A DNA stretch of 58,113 bases, taken from positions 1 through 58,113 of the forward strand of contig JBMFOP010000004.1 in assembly GCA_049969675.1 (NCBI GenBank), written 5' to 3'. Below are positions 1-9,327 of this stretch, in pieces. Positions within the stretch are counted from its first letter, which is position 1, and every line of letters starts with the position of its first letter. A program made the position numbers and the translations under genes. The notes under the pieces are model-generated. The model was not told the DNA's origin and searched no databases. It was given only the letters and a program-made list of their open reading frames with translations. This DNA comes from Myxococcota bacterium (GTDB lineage Bacteria > Myxococcota > SpSt-1050).

Positions 1-276
1 GCAAAGGGATTTAATTGTTGAGGGAAATTAGTAGCAATAGGTTTCAGACGGGTTTTACCAAACAAGAATTTTTTGGAATGAATAAACCCTTTGAGACCTT
101 ACCGATGGTGCCTGATGTAGAGCAACTTTCTTTAAGGGGTATTTAAGTTGGACAGCATTTTAAGGGATTGTGAACAAAAGGGGGTAACCTGATTTTGAAG
201 ATGTGGATTTACCCATCCAGAATCCCTATTGTACAAATAGTCAACTTCTCAAATCAGATTATTCTGGACAGAAGTG
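1..276 (+). repeat. Intergenic repeat family, copy A (cut by the window edge)
   Basis: Aligns by eye along its whole length with 54056-54343 and with the reverse complement of 40478-40780. Shared blocks are GGAATGAATAAACCC, TTAAGTTGGACAGC, TACAAATAGTCAACTTCTCAAATCAGATTATTCTGGACAGAAGTG. Similarity stops right after GTG at 276. Confidence 0.8.
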
Positions 277-290
277 TTTCTAAATAGGGA

Positions 291-1094
291 CTATCTTTCT
301 TCTTTTTTCTTTATTCGCTTTGAGATATAAAATTGGAGGTATATTGCAACTGCTATTACAAATATTGAGATAAACTGGCTTGTTGATAGATAAGGCTCTA
401 TTACAAATCCACGAATCTTATCGCCTCTTAAAATCTCTAAAAATGAGCGCAGAATCGGATAGAGTGTCATATACATAAGGAGTACCTGCCCATCAAATCG
501 CTTCCTTGTCCTGAAGAGGACAAGTATTAGAAAGATAATTGCCTCTCCAAAGGATTCATAGAGTTGAACTGGATGACGGGGAACTCCACGGGGGGCGATA
601 GATTCTGGATGATTAAATACTACAGAAAAAATAAAGTCCTTTGCGCACTCTTTACCATAACAGCATCCAGCCGAGAAACAGCCGAGTCTCCCAAATGCGT
701 GTCCCAGCGAGACTGACGGAATCAGGATATCTGCAATCTTAAAGAATGGCAATCTGTGCTTGTGGGTATAATATAATGTAAATATAGATGCGCCAATAAA
801 TCCACCGTACCAGACCAATCCACCCTTGTATATCTTGATGAACATAGATGGGTCTGCCATATATTCATCCCAGCTCACTATGATATAGACAATTCTTGAA
901 CCAATCAGTCCCCATATAAGAATCCAGAATGTCAGGTCTGAGATAAGTTTTGGGTCAATGCCGAGTTTCTTTGCCTCCCGGGTGGCGAGCCAGAGCCCGA
1001 CGATAAATCCAAGGGCGATAAAAAATCCGTATGTATGAATGGCAAGCGGAAGATCTCCAATCTTAAAGGGTAATTCAATCAGTTTTGGGAACAT
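291..1094 (-). CDS. lgt: Prolipoprotein diacylglyceryl transferase (Lgt), compact paralog
   Basis: 267 aa polytopic membrane protein. Lgt-type motifs present: GGLVWYGGFIG, FGRLGCFSAGCCYG, HPVQLYES. Lies downstream of lspA and ileS. Confidence 0.9.
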   Translation of the reverse strand: MFPKLIELPFKIGDLPLAIHTYGFFIALGFIVGLWLATREAKKLGIDPKLISDLTFWILIWGLIGSRIVYIIVSWDEYMADPSMFIKIYKGGLVWYGGFIGASIFTLYYTHKHRLPFFKIADILIPSVSLGHAFGRLGCFSAGCCYGKECAKDFIFSVVFNHPESIAPRGVPRHPVQLYESFGEAIIFLILVLFRTRKRFDGQVLLMYMTLYPILRSFLEILRGDKIRGFVIEPYLSTSQFISIFVIAVAIYLQFYISKRIKKKEER

Positions 1095-2019
1095 TATTCT
1101 CTCCTTGTTTTCTTATTGATTGCCACAGTAATATTGCACCAGCGAGCAATACCAGACTTATTATCTGTGAGCTTGATAGAAGTCCAAAGAAGATCCCTCT
1201 ATTATCACTTCTAAAATATTCAATCACAAATCTAAAAATTGCATATGCTACTACAAAGTGAATAATTATCTGTCCATCATATCTTTTCCGTTTTCTCAAA
1301 AAGAGATAGAGATATAAAAAGAGGGCGAGTGAGAAGAATGATTCAAAGAGTTGTGTTGGAAGCAGGGCTGGCGTCTCAGTATGTATTGCCCTATCTACTA
1401 TCCCTGCATTTGCAAGTTCAGCAAAGGCAGCACTCCCTTTTGGAAAATGAATACCCATAAAGGAATCTGTCTCAACGCCAAAACAACATCCATTAAAGAA
1501 ACAGCCAAGTCTCCCGAAGAAAAGTCCAATAGCAGTTCCATATCCTATGGTATCCGATGTAAAGAGGATATTCATCTTTCTTCTCTTCATAAATATAAGG
1601 GCGGCAATTGTGCCCAGAATAAATCCTCCATAGTATGCGAGTCCACCTTTGAAGACATTAAATATCCTTGAGGGGTGCGAAATATAAAATTTGATTATCT
1701 TCTCACCTCTATGAAACTCCAGAACCACATCATCTCCCCCCTCTTTCTTTAATCTGGCCGGATCCGGTCCGCATTTATCTATCTTTTTGGAACAATATAC
1801 ATCGTGAGGGATATCTTCCGCCACCACATGCATAAGTCTTGAGCCTATCATCCCGAATATCACTATAACAATGGCAAGGTCAATAAAGTTCTTAACAGAT
1901 AGCCCATTTTTTCTGAATTCAATAACCCCGATAATTGTGGCAACTATAAATCCTATACTCAAAAAGAAAAAATATGAATGGACAGCAAAATCACCGATGT
2001 AAAACAGAATTGGCTTCAT
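1075..2019 (-). CDS. Lgt-family prolipoprotein diacylglyceryl transferase, paralog with an inserted soluble loop
   Basis: 314 aa with the same motif set (GGLAYYGGF, FGRLGCFFNGCCFG, LPTQLFES). A charged insert of about 50 aa (HDVYCSKKIDKCGPDPARLKKEGGDD...) follows the second TM helix. Overlaps the next lgt by 20 nt. Confidence 0.8.
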   Translation of the reverse strand: MKPILFYIGDFAVHSYFFFLSIGFIVATIIGVIEFRKNGLSVKNFIDLAIVIVIFGMIGSRLMHVVAEDIPHDVYCSKKIDKCGPDPARLKKEGGDDVVLEFHRGEKIIKFYISHPSRIFNVFKGGLAYYGGFILGTIAALIFMKRRKMNILFTSDTIGYGTAIGLFFGRLGCFFNGCCFGVETDSFMGIHFPKGSAAFAELANAGIVDRAIHTETPALLPTQLFESFFSLALFLYLYLFLRKRKRYDGQIIIHFVVAYAIFRFVIEYFRSDNRGIFFGLLSSSQIISLVLLAGAILLWQSIRKQGENNVPKTD

Positions 2020-2600
2020 TCAACCTTCTTCTCAACCTCTACATCGGCATTGTTATGAAAATCTGGCTCTGTCTCCTCTTTAAATACAGCATTGGAACCC
2101 TTTATCTTCTCATTTCCAGCCTTTGGCTTCTCCAGGAAGAGCATATGAATTATCATAAGTACTACGCCACAGCTGATAGCAGAGTCGGCGATATTAAAGG
2201 TTGGCCAGTGATAATCTTTGTAAAACCAGTGGATGAAATCTACCACATAACTATTGACAACTCTATCGTAGAAATTTCCGAATGCGCCGCCCAGAATAAG
2301 TGAGATTGCAAGAGATAATGTCCTCTGCTCCTTCTTAACCTTGATAAAGAAGTAGATAATAAATAGTATTGCGACCAGACTTACCATAATAAAAAAAGGC
2401 TTTCTTACAGAATCACTCATTGAGCCGAAAATACCCCACGCCGCCCCCGGATTCTCTACATATCTAAAGTCAAAATATCCTTTTATCACATCAATTGGAG
2501 CCTTCCCCTTTAGTGTATCAATTGCCCATCTCTTTGTCAGCTGGTCAATAATAAAGACAATTGGAATAACTATTACTGCAACGATATACTTAAAATTCAC
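2016..2600 (-). CDS. lspA: Lipoprotein signal peptidase II (LspA) with a charged C-terminal tail
   Basis: 194 aa with motifs NPGAAWG and FNIADSAI. 4-nt overlap with the downstream lgt paralog. Classic ileS-lspA synteny. Confidence 0.92.
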   Translation of the reverse strand: MNFKYIVAVIVIPIVFIIDQLTKRWAIDTLKGKAPIDVIKGYFDFRYVENPGAAWGIFGSMSDSVRKPFFIMVSLVAILFIIYFFIKVKKEQRTLSLAISLILGGAFGNFYDRVVNSYVVDFIHWFYKDYHWPTFNIADSAISCGVVLMIIHMLFLEKPKAGNEKIKGSNAVFKEETEPDFHNNADVEVEKKVE

Positions 2601-2609
2601 AGTGCCTCC

Positions 2610-5399
2610 TTATCTCTTATTCAGTGCACCTGCGCATCTGGGGCAGATATCATCTATAAATTCAGATGAAAATCTCCAGCATCTTGGGCACTTCTTTCCA
2701 TCAGCCTTTTTGAGATGCAGAGTACCACCATTATATATCTCAAGTGGTTTTCTCAAAAGGCTATCCTTAACCCTAACATTTATTCCAACATCTGAACAGA
2801 TAAAAAATTCCTTTAAGTCAATGTCCTTTACCATACGGTTGAATTCCGATAGATACTTCTCAGGGAGCTCAAGATAGACCGCCGCCTCAAGGGATTGTCC
2901 AATTATCTTCTGCCTTCTTATCTCCTCAAGCCCTTTTAAGATCTCATCCCGCAGACGAACTAAAAAGTCCCATCTGGATATCATCTCCACATCATATTTA
3001 TAACTCTCAAAATCAAAATTCTCCAGAAATACAGACGCCTCCTTCCCTTTATAAGGTGGTAAGAATCTATAGGCATCTTCCGAAGTAAATGAGATTATGG
3101 GTGCCAGCAGTTTAATAAGTTCCTTTGCAATTATAAATAATACTGTCTGAGCGGATCGCCTCTCCCTGCCGTCTTTCTTAAATGTATAGAGTCTGTCCTT
3201 GATGATATCAAAATATATTGCTGAGAGGTCAGTTGCACACATCTCTACTGCTGTATGATATACAGTAAAGAATTCAAAGTTTTTATACCCGTTTAGAATC
3301 TTCTCTGCCTTAAAGTAGAATCTGTTGAGTGCGAGTCTGTCAAGTTCCAGCAACTCCTCCTTCTTCAGCATATCTCTATCAGGGTCAAAATCAGAGATAT
3401 TTCCCAGTGCAAATCTGATGGTATTCCTGATCTTCCTGTAATTTTCGGACAAAAGTGTGAGCATATCGGTGGTAAATATGATATCAGATGTATAATCCAC
3501 ACTTGAGAATAAAAGCCTCAAAATATCTGCACCATAAGATGAGATTACCTCCTCCGGGGCAATGACATTACCGAGAGACTTGCTCATCTTCTTTGCATCT
3601 TTGTCAAGAATCAACCCGTGCGTCAGGACTGCCCTGTAAGGTGCCATATTTCTGTTGGCAACAGCCGTAATCAGAGATACCTGAAACCATCCCCTGTGCT
3701 GGTCTGTGGCTTCAAGATATAAGTCGCAGGGATAGGAGAGTTCGTCACTCTTCTCAAGTACTGCCCTCTGACTGACAGAGGAATCAAACCACACATCTAA
3801 AATATTCTCTTCCTTGAGAAAATCCGAGGATTGACACTTTGGACATTTCAAATTGGGAGGCAGAAAATCCTTTATATCCCTCTTGAACCAGCAATCAGAA
3901 CCTTCCCTGTATGTTAGTTCAATCGTCTTTTTAAAGACCTCTTCATTCAAAAAGGTATGAGAACAGGATTTACACTTAAGGGCCGGTATTGGGACACCCC
4001 AATATCTCTGTCGGGATAGGCACCAATCGGGTCTTATCTGCACCATATTGTAGATTCTATCTCTTCCCCACGGTGGTATCCACTTTACACCATCAATCTC
4101 GTTTAAAAGCCTCTCCCTTAGATTGGCGTGGTCAATTGATAAGAACCACTGCTCTGTAGCCCTGAAAATTATCGGATTCTTACATCTCCAGCAGTGGGGA
4201 TATGAATGCTCTACATTCTCACTCTTAATCAATGAACCATTCCTCTTCAATTCCTCAATTATCGGCTCATTCGCCAGATGAACCTTCATCCCTGCATAAT
4301 TTGGGACATCTTTTATAAATCTACCCTCTTCATCAACCGGTGTATAGACATTGAGTTTGTACCTTCTCCCTACCTCATAGTCCTCAGCACCGTGCCCTGG
4401 GGCGATATGCACCATCCCCGTTCCTGTATCGGTGGTGACAAAATCCGCTAAAATCACCACAGAATCCCTGTTATACATCGGATGTTTTAAGACAATACCC
4501 TCAAGATTATGACCCTTCATCTCCTTTATGACTTCTCCATCTATTCCGGTCTTCTCCTTTACCTGCTCAAATAAGACCTTCATAAGTACCAGGATCTCAC
4601 TCTTTGTATCAATAAAAATATAGTCCTCGTCTGGATGAAGTGCAACGGCAAGATTTGCCGGCAATGTCCATGGCGTGGTAGTCCATATCAAGAAGTAGAG
4701 TGGCTTACCAAAGTTGAGACCGAGTGAATCAGCCTTCTTATCTCTCTCCCTTACCGAAAACTTTACATATATTGAAGGAGAGGTGTGGTTGTGATACTCA
4801 ACCTCTGCATCTGCAAGTGCGGTCTTACACTCAGCACACCAGTGAATCGGCCTGAGCCCTCTATATAGATAGCCGTCTTTGAAGAGGTCAAATAATGCCT
4901 CAAGTGTCTTTGCCTCATAATCATAACTCATTGTCACATAGGGTTTTTCCCATTCACCTACACAACCGAGCCTCTTAAACTCCTCTCTCTGTATATTCAA
5001 AAACTCAGAGGCATATCTCCTGCACTCCTCTCTTATAGAAATCCCATCGTATATCTTCCCCTGCAACTTCTTAATGACGTTGTGTTCAATCGGCATCCCA
5101 TGACAGTCCCAGCCGGGTACAAATGGGGCGTCATAATTCATCATAAATCTACTCTTTATAATAAAATCTTTCAGAATCTTATTCAATGCAGTTCCGAGAT
5201 GTACATGCCCATTTGCATAAGGGGGTCCATCGTGTAGGACATACTTCTTTGAACCCTTCCTCCTCTCCCTCATCCTGTGATAGAGATCCATCTGATACCA
5301 CTCTGAGAGAATCTTTGGCTCAAGATTGACAAGATTTGCCTTCATAGAAAAATCTGTCTTCGGAAGCGATAAAGTCTCTTTGTATTCCACTGTAACCAT
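2610..5399 (-). CDS. ileS: Isoleucine--tRNA ligase
   Basis: 929 aa. HIGH-type motif (PPYANGHVHLGTALNK), KMSKS motif (KMSKSLGN) and a C-terminal CPRC...CPRC zinc knuckle. Confidence 0.97.
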   Translation of the reverse strand: MVTVEYKETLSLPKTDFSMKANLVNLEPKILSEWYQMDLYHRMRERRKGSKKYVLHDGPPYANGHVHLGTALNKILKDFIIKSRFMMNYDAPFVPGWDCHGMPIEHNVIKKLQGKIYDGISIREECRRYASEFLNIQREEFKRLGCVGEWEKPYVTMSYDYEAKTLEALFDLFKDGYLYRGLRPIHWCAECKTALADAEVEYHNHTSPSIYVKFSVRERDKKADSLGLNFGKPLYFLIWTTTPWTLPANLAVALHPDEDYIFIDTKSEILVLMKVLFEQVKEKTGIDGEVIKEMKGHNLEGIVLKHPMYNRDSVVILADFVTTDTGTGMVHIAPGHGAEDYEVGRRYKLNVYTPVDEEGRFIKDVPNYAGMKVHLANEPIIEELKRNGSLIKSENVEHSYPHCWRCKNPIIFRATEQWFLSIDHANLRERLLNEIDGVKWIPPWGRDRIYNMVQIRPDWCLSRQRYWGVPIPALKCKSCSHTFLNEEVFKKTIELTYREGSDCWFKRDIKDFLPPNLKCPKCQSSDFLKEENILDVWFDSSVSQRAVLEKSDELSYPCDLYLEATDQHRGWFQVSLITAVANRNMAPYRAVLTHGLILDKDAKKMSKSLGNVIAPEEVISSYGADILRLLFSSVDYTSDIIFTTDMLTLLSENYRKIRNTIRFALGNISDFDPDRDMLKKEELLELDRLALNRFYFKAEKILNGYKNFEFFTVYHTAVEMCATDLSAIYFDIIKDRLYTFKKDGRERRSAQTVLFIIAKELIKLLAPIISFTSEDAYRFLPPYKGKEASVFLENFDFESYKYDVEMISRWDFLVRLRDEILKGLEEIRRQKIIGQSLEAAVYLELPEKYLSEFNRMVKDIDLKEFFICSDVGINVRVKDSLLRKPLEIYNGGTLHLKKADGKKCPRCWRFSSEFIDDICPRCAGALNKR

Positions 5400-5559
5400 A
5401 CCTCCTGAGAATAAAATGGCTATATAAAATAATGTAAATAAAAAAAATTTTCAACTTTTAAAAGCCACAAGACTGAACAATGCGAGCCTTTTCAGTCGTT
5501 TCGGGTGCTCTATATCATTTTACACCCAAGTTTTAATTAAAATGCCTTGAATATCTCCT

Positions 5560-5676
5560 GTAGGTTCACAATAGGTGATAAATAGATATTTAAAAAATCA
5601 GGGAGATGGATTTCTCCCTTTTGAATAGATGTTTTTTGACTCTCAGATTTGCATTTCTTCTTTATGGGCTCACAGT
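5560..5676 (+). repeat. Degenerate fragment of the intergenic repeat family (copy G)
   Basis: GATGGATTTCTCCC ... TTGACTCTCAGATTTGCATTTCTTC resembles the GATGTGGATTTACCC ... TCAACTTCTCAAATCAGATTATTCTGG part of copy A. The match is weak. Confidence 0.3.
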
Positions 5677-5950
5677 TGTATTGATATATATGGATTGTCT
5701 AGTTTATTTTATCAATAAAAATAGCAATAAACCTGTATAAATCCATAGAATTCAAATTAATTGAGTCCTATTTTGCCTCAAAAAAAACCTTAAAAGTTAG
5801 ACTTTCAATTTCAATATTTAGATATATTGTATTTATGCATATAATCGGCAAGATGAATTGGCTTAATATTTAAATCCCAATGGAAAGAAAAGATAATATA
5901 ACAGCATTAGTCAAATAACTCATTTTACCTCCTTTTCTTGAAATAATAAT

Positions 5951-6733
5951 TTAAAGATGAAAGAGGTTCAGTGCATGATTAAAATAGTATCCCGATATAA
6001 TCAGCAGAAGTATTGAATTTGTAATTATCACAACCTTTCTATATCTAACTACTTTGAGCATATATTCACCGAGCAGCATTGCCATCAAAGGATATATTGT
6101 TGAGGATATGGCAAACACACTCCCGATGAGCATTGCACTAAAGAGAGTACCCTTTATTGCAAGGGGGAGGAGGACGACCAACCTCCCGCACATCGCAGAA
6201 CCCCTTACAACACCCAGGAACAGTCCAAAGAATAGTCCGGTCCTCTGTAGACCTTTTGAATCCTTCCCCCACAATCTCCTCGCCTCTCTGGTAAGAGGTT
6301 CTATCTGGACATCTTCACTGCTGCAGCTCTTCTTATCGTCTGTGCAACTTTCACAATATTTATAAATCTCCGGCTTTTTACTTATTATACAATTATCACA
6401 ATTATGTTCGCAACTATTTTTAAATTCTATATGGGATTTGTGGTGCGACACTTCTGCTCTTGAAAGAGTAGAATATTTATAAATAAAATATCCTCCAAAG
6501 AGCAAGACCGATATCCCGGATATGATATCCAGTGTAATATGGCTGGGCCTGAATGTATCTCCTATAATATGAAATATTGCAACGAATGTCACAATTCCAA
6601 GAAATCTTCCTATAATATAAGCGATACCGGTCAGTCTATCAGATGTCTGCAACGAAAATATCACCAGTGCACATATCCAGATATTTGAAAATGAGAGTCC
6701 TAACAGAATTGATGTATAGATATCTGCTAACAT
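5951..6733 (-). CDS. Polytopic membrane protein with a Cys/His-rich cytoplasmic loop (putative metal-ion transporter, DsbD_2/TauE-like)
   Basis: 260 aa with about 6 predicted TM helices. The central loop is HHKSHIEFKNSCEHNCDNCIISKKPEIYKYCESCTDDKKSCSSED. Family assignment is tentative. Confidence 0.35.
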   Translation of the reverse strand: MLADIYTSILLGLSFSNIWICALVIFSLQTSDRLTGIAYIIGRFLGIVTFVAIFHIIGDTFRPSHITLDIISGISVLLFGGYFIYKYSTLSRAEVSHHKSHIEFKNSCEHNCDNCIISKKPEIYKYCESCTDDKKSCSSEDVQIEPLTREARRLWGKDSKGLQRTGLFFGLFLGVVRGSAMCGRLVVLLPLAIKGTLFSAMLIGSVFAISSTIYPLMAMLLGEYMLKVVRYRKVVIITNSILLLIISGYYFNHALNLFHL

Positions 6734-6766
6734 AATATTTTGATGTAAAAAATTATTTAAAAGTTT

Positions 6767-7714
6767 CTATGCCTCTCTAATATACCCTTTGGAGAGCATA
6801 AATGCTATCGCCTTTGCTACCTCAATATCTGTAAGTGGTGATTTATCCATTACCGCCTTTATCTGACCATAATTAATGATGAGTTGCAAAATATCCAGAT
6901 ATTCAGGCTTGAGTTCCTTTAATGGAGGTGAGATTGGGGTATTGAGAGTAAGCGACCTGTTTGGAGGTGGGATCTGACCTGCGAGCTTCTTGAGTTCATC
7001 CCTCTGGCGAAGCGCCTCCATAAGGAGCACATCCAGGTCCTCATCAATCTCTACTACAAATTTGCGATTGTCGGGTGGGTCAAATCTGTAGCTTCCCTTA
7101 TCCCAGGTGATAATCCTATAGATAGCCTTAACTGGATTAAGCTGATGATTTTCATTGATGCAGGCATAATTTATATGACCCGACTTGAAGAATATCTTCC
7201 CCTCATCCAGACTCTTTATGACAAGGACACCGCTCTTCTTTGAGACGCTGATCATCTGTAAAAGGTCTGCCATTGGTATCTCGGTAAGTGTCCCCTGATT
7301 GATTGAAGGGCCGCCGAGCGTCGTCTTTCGCTGTACCTGTTGTGGCTGATGTCTCTCCTCCTCTTTGACAACCGCCTTATTTATCTTGACCTGACCGACT
7401 ACCTTTTTTACCTCACCACGTTCAAGTCTGAAAAGAGATGTCCCCACAAGAATCCTGTCTCCCTCTTTCAGCCTTACTCTCTTTATTCGCTCACCATTTA
7501 CAAATGTACCATTTGTTGAGCCCAGGTCCTGAATATAAATCTGACCGTTATTGAGCGTTATCTTTGCGTGCATTCTGGAGACCATATCCTCCACAATCAC
7601 AATATCTATATCACTCTTTCTCCCGATGATATACTCGCGGTTATCATCAAGGGGCATCTCTCCACCCTGATACTTACCTGAGATAAACTTTAATACATAA
7701 CCACTGGAAGCCAT
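6767..7714 (-). CDS. FHA domain protein with C-terminal DUF4388 (PATAN-like) domain
   Basis: FHA signature (IGRKSDIDIVIVEDMVSRMHAKI...GSTNGTFVNG). DUF4388-like segment (GTLTEIPMADLLQMISVSKKSGVLVI). Start moved to M21 (ATG at 7714) because GGAGGG lies 6-7 nt upstream and this removes the overlap with the TPR gene. Confidence 0.8.
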   Translation of the reverse strand: MASSGYVLKFISGKYQGGEMPLDDNREYIIGRKSDIDIVIVEDMVSRMHAKITLNNGQIYIQDLGSTNGTFVNGERIKRVRLKEGDRILVGTSLFRLERGEVKKVVGQVKINKAVVKEEERHQPQQVQRKTTLGGPSINQGTLTEIPMADLLQMISVSKKSGVLVIKSLDEGKIFFKSGHINYACINENHQLNPVKAIYRIITWDKGSYRFDPPDNRKFVVEIDEDLDVLLMEALRQRDELKKLAGQIPPPNRSLTLNTPISPPLKELKPEYLDILQLIINYGQIKAVMDKSPLTDIEVAKAIAFMLSKGYIREA

Positions 7715-7727
7715 CTTTGACCCTCCG

Positions 7728-8447
7728 TTATTTGTTGTTGTGTTCATTAATAAGTCTAATATACATCTGTGCATTCTTATTTTCAGGGTCTCTCTTTAAT
7801 ATCTCCTCAAAGTGATACTTTGCCTCATCTATCTTCCCTGCAAGATATAAGAGAACCCCGAGGTTTATTCTTGCATTATTAAAATTTGGATTGGAATTGA
7901 TTATCTCAAGTAGAATCTTAATTGCTTCCTCTCTCTCCCCTTTATCTTTTAAGACCTGAGCGAGCTTGAATTTTATATCCAGATATTCGGGAGCAAAGTC
8001 AAGTGCGCGTCTATATTCCCTCTCTGCAAATAAGAGGTGTCCAGCCCCTTTGAAGATATCACCTATTTCAGCATACATATTGGCAACCTTGCTCTTGAGA
8101 TATGGCTCTATATCACTCGTCTTCCTTGCCTCCATTATCTCCTTCATCTTTCTGTGAACCTGATTTGCCTTTTCATATTCGCCGTGTTCATTATATAGAA
8201 GTGCCAGATTTGTCGCCGCCTCCACATACCCCGGATTCATAGCTACTGCCTCCTCCAGATATCTTCTGGCATTCTCATAGTCATTTCTATGCCAGGCAAT
8301 TACTCCGAGCATATAATACACATCCGCAAATGGTTTGCCTATACGAAGTGCCTCCAGAAGATACCCCTCAGCCTCTTCATATCTGGCAGCCTTAAACAGC
8401 TCTGTTCCTTTCTCCACATACTCTCTAAATTCTAAACTTTGAGACAT
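7728..8447 (-). CDS. Tetratricopeptide repeat protein
   Basis: 239 aa of consecutive TPR-like 34-aa units (A..Y..AL...P....A..NLG). Confidence 0.75.
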   Translation of the reverse strand: MSQSLEFREYVEKGTELFKAARYEEAEGYLLEALRIGKPFADVYYMLGVIAWHRNDYENARRYLEEAVAMNPGYVEAATNLALLYNEHGEYEKANQVHRKMKEIMEARKTSDIEPYLKSKVANMYAEIGDIFKGAGHLLFAEREYRRALDFAPEYLDIKFKLAQVLKDKGEREEAIKILLEIINSNPNFNNARINLGVLLYLAGKIDEAKYHFEEILKRDPENKNAQMYIRLINEHNNK

Positions 8448-8449
8448 AA

Positions 8450-9223
8450 CTACCCCTTTCCTCCGGGTCTATTTAGATTTTGAAGTTTATCCCGATATTT
8501 ACTCCTGGGGAATCTACTGCCCATCTCATTATAGTACTTTTTAAATTCCTCTGTCTTATTTTGCAGATAGAGAGAATAACAGAGATAAAACAGCGCCTCA
8601 TCCATCCCTTCCAATATCCCATAGCTTAATATAATTCCCCTGATCCTCTGCTCTGTTGCCTCAAATTTACCTCTCTTGAAATAGAATTTTGCAACATAAA
8701 GGTCATGACTAATCAACTTCTTGTTTACCTTCTCAAGATATCCCTTTGCCTCACTCTCATATTTTGAGCCCTTATATTTTGATAAAAAATCCAGAAATGC
8801 CTTTTGTGCCTTCTGATTGGAACTCTGGTCCTTCTCATAAGAAGGAGGCAGGAAGAACCAGTCTCCGGGTGCATCCTTAAAATATGAAATCGCCACTCTA
8901 AATGCCGCATAATCTACCATTGGATGTGTCGGATGAAGCTTTATAAACTCCTGATATGCATCAGCGGCATCTATATATTTTTCATCCTCAAAATAGGCAT
9001 CACCAATCTTGAGTTCTGACTCTGTTGCATATCTTGAAAACGGATATTTTGCCTTCACCTGATTAAATCTGTCCACTGCCTCCTGATAATAACCGCCTTT
9101 CAAGGACTTTAATCCCTCCTCAAACTCCTCCTTTGCACTCTCCTGTTCGGATTTTACACCGCCTGTCGTGGCACAACCAAAAAATAAAAAAATAAAAATA
9201 ATTAAATACGGAGATTTATACAT
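8450..9223 (-). CDS. bamD: Outer membrane protein assembly factor BamD (YfiO-like lipoprotein)
   Basis: Lipobox LFFGC at the N-terminus. TPR-like helices follow in the typical BamD pattern (YQEAVDRFNQVKAKYPFSRYATESELKIGDAYF...). Confidence 0.75.
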   Translation of the reverse strand: MYKSPYLIIFIFLFFGCATTGGVKSEQESAKEEFEEGLKSLKGGYYQEAVDRFNQVKAKYPFSRYATESELKIGDAYFEDEKYIDAADAYQEFIKLHPTHPMVDYAAFRVAISYFKDAPGDWFFLPPSYEKDQSSNQKAQKAFLDFLSKYKGSKYESEAKGYLEKVNKKLISHDLYVAKFYFKRGKFEATEQRIRGIILSYGILEGMDEALFYLCYSLYLQNKTEEFKKYYNEMGSRFPRSKYRDKLQNLNRPGGKG

Positions 9224-9327
9224 AGCCTCAGTAGTTATATACTTATAATTTTTGGGTCTTTATGTCAATAAATAATTATGCAGGCTTATCTGATCGAAAC
9301 CGATTTTATCAGATACATTCAACTACA

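Noticed and set aside
261-280. Sigma-54 promoter in the repeat tail (CTGGACAG-N-GTG...)
   Set aside because: The spacing and the -12 element do not fit TGGCAC-N5-TTGC in any copy. The sequence after the GG differs between copies.
5400-5950. Possible T-box or other leader upstream of ileS
   Set aside because: The conserved T-box sequence (AATTAGGGTGGTACCGCG-like, read on the minus strand) is absent. The region instead resembles a degenerate copy of the intergenic repeat.
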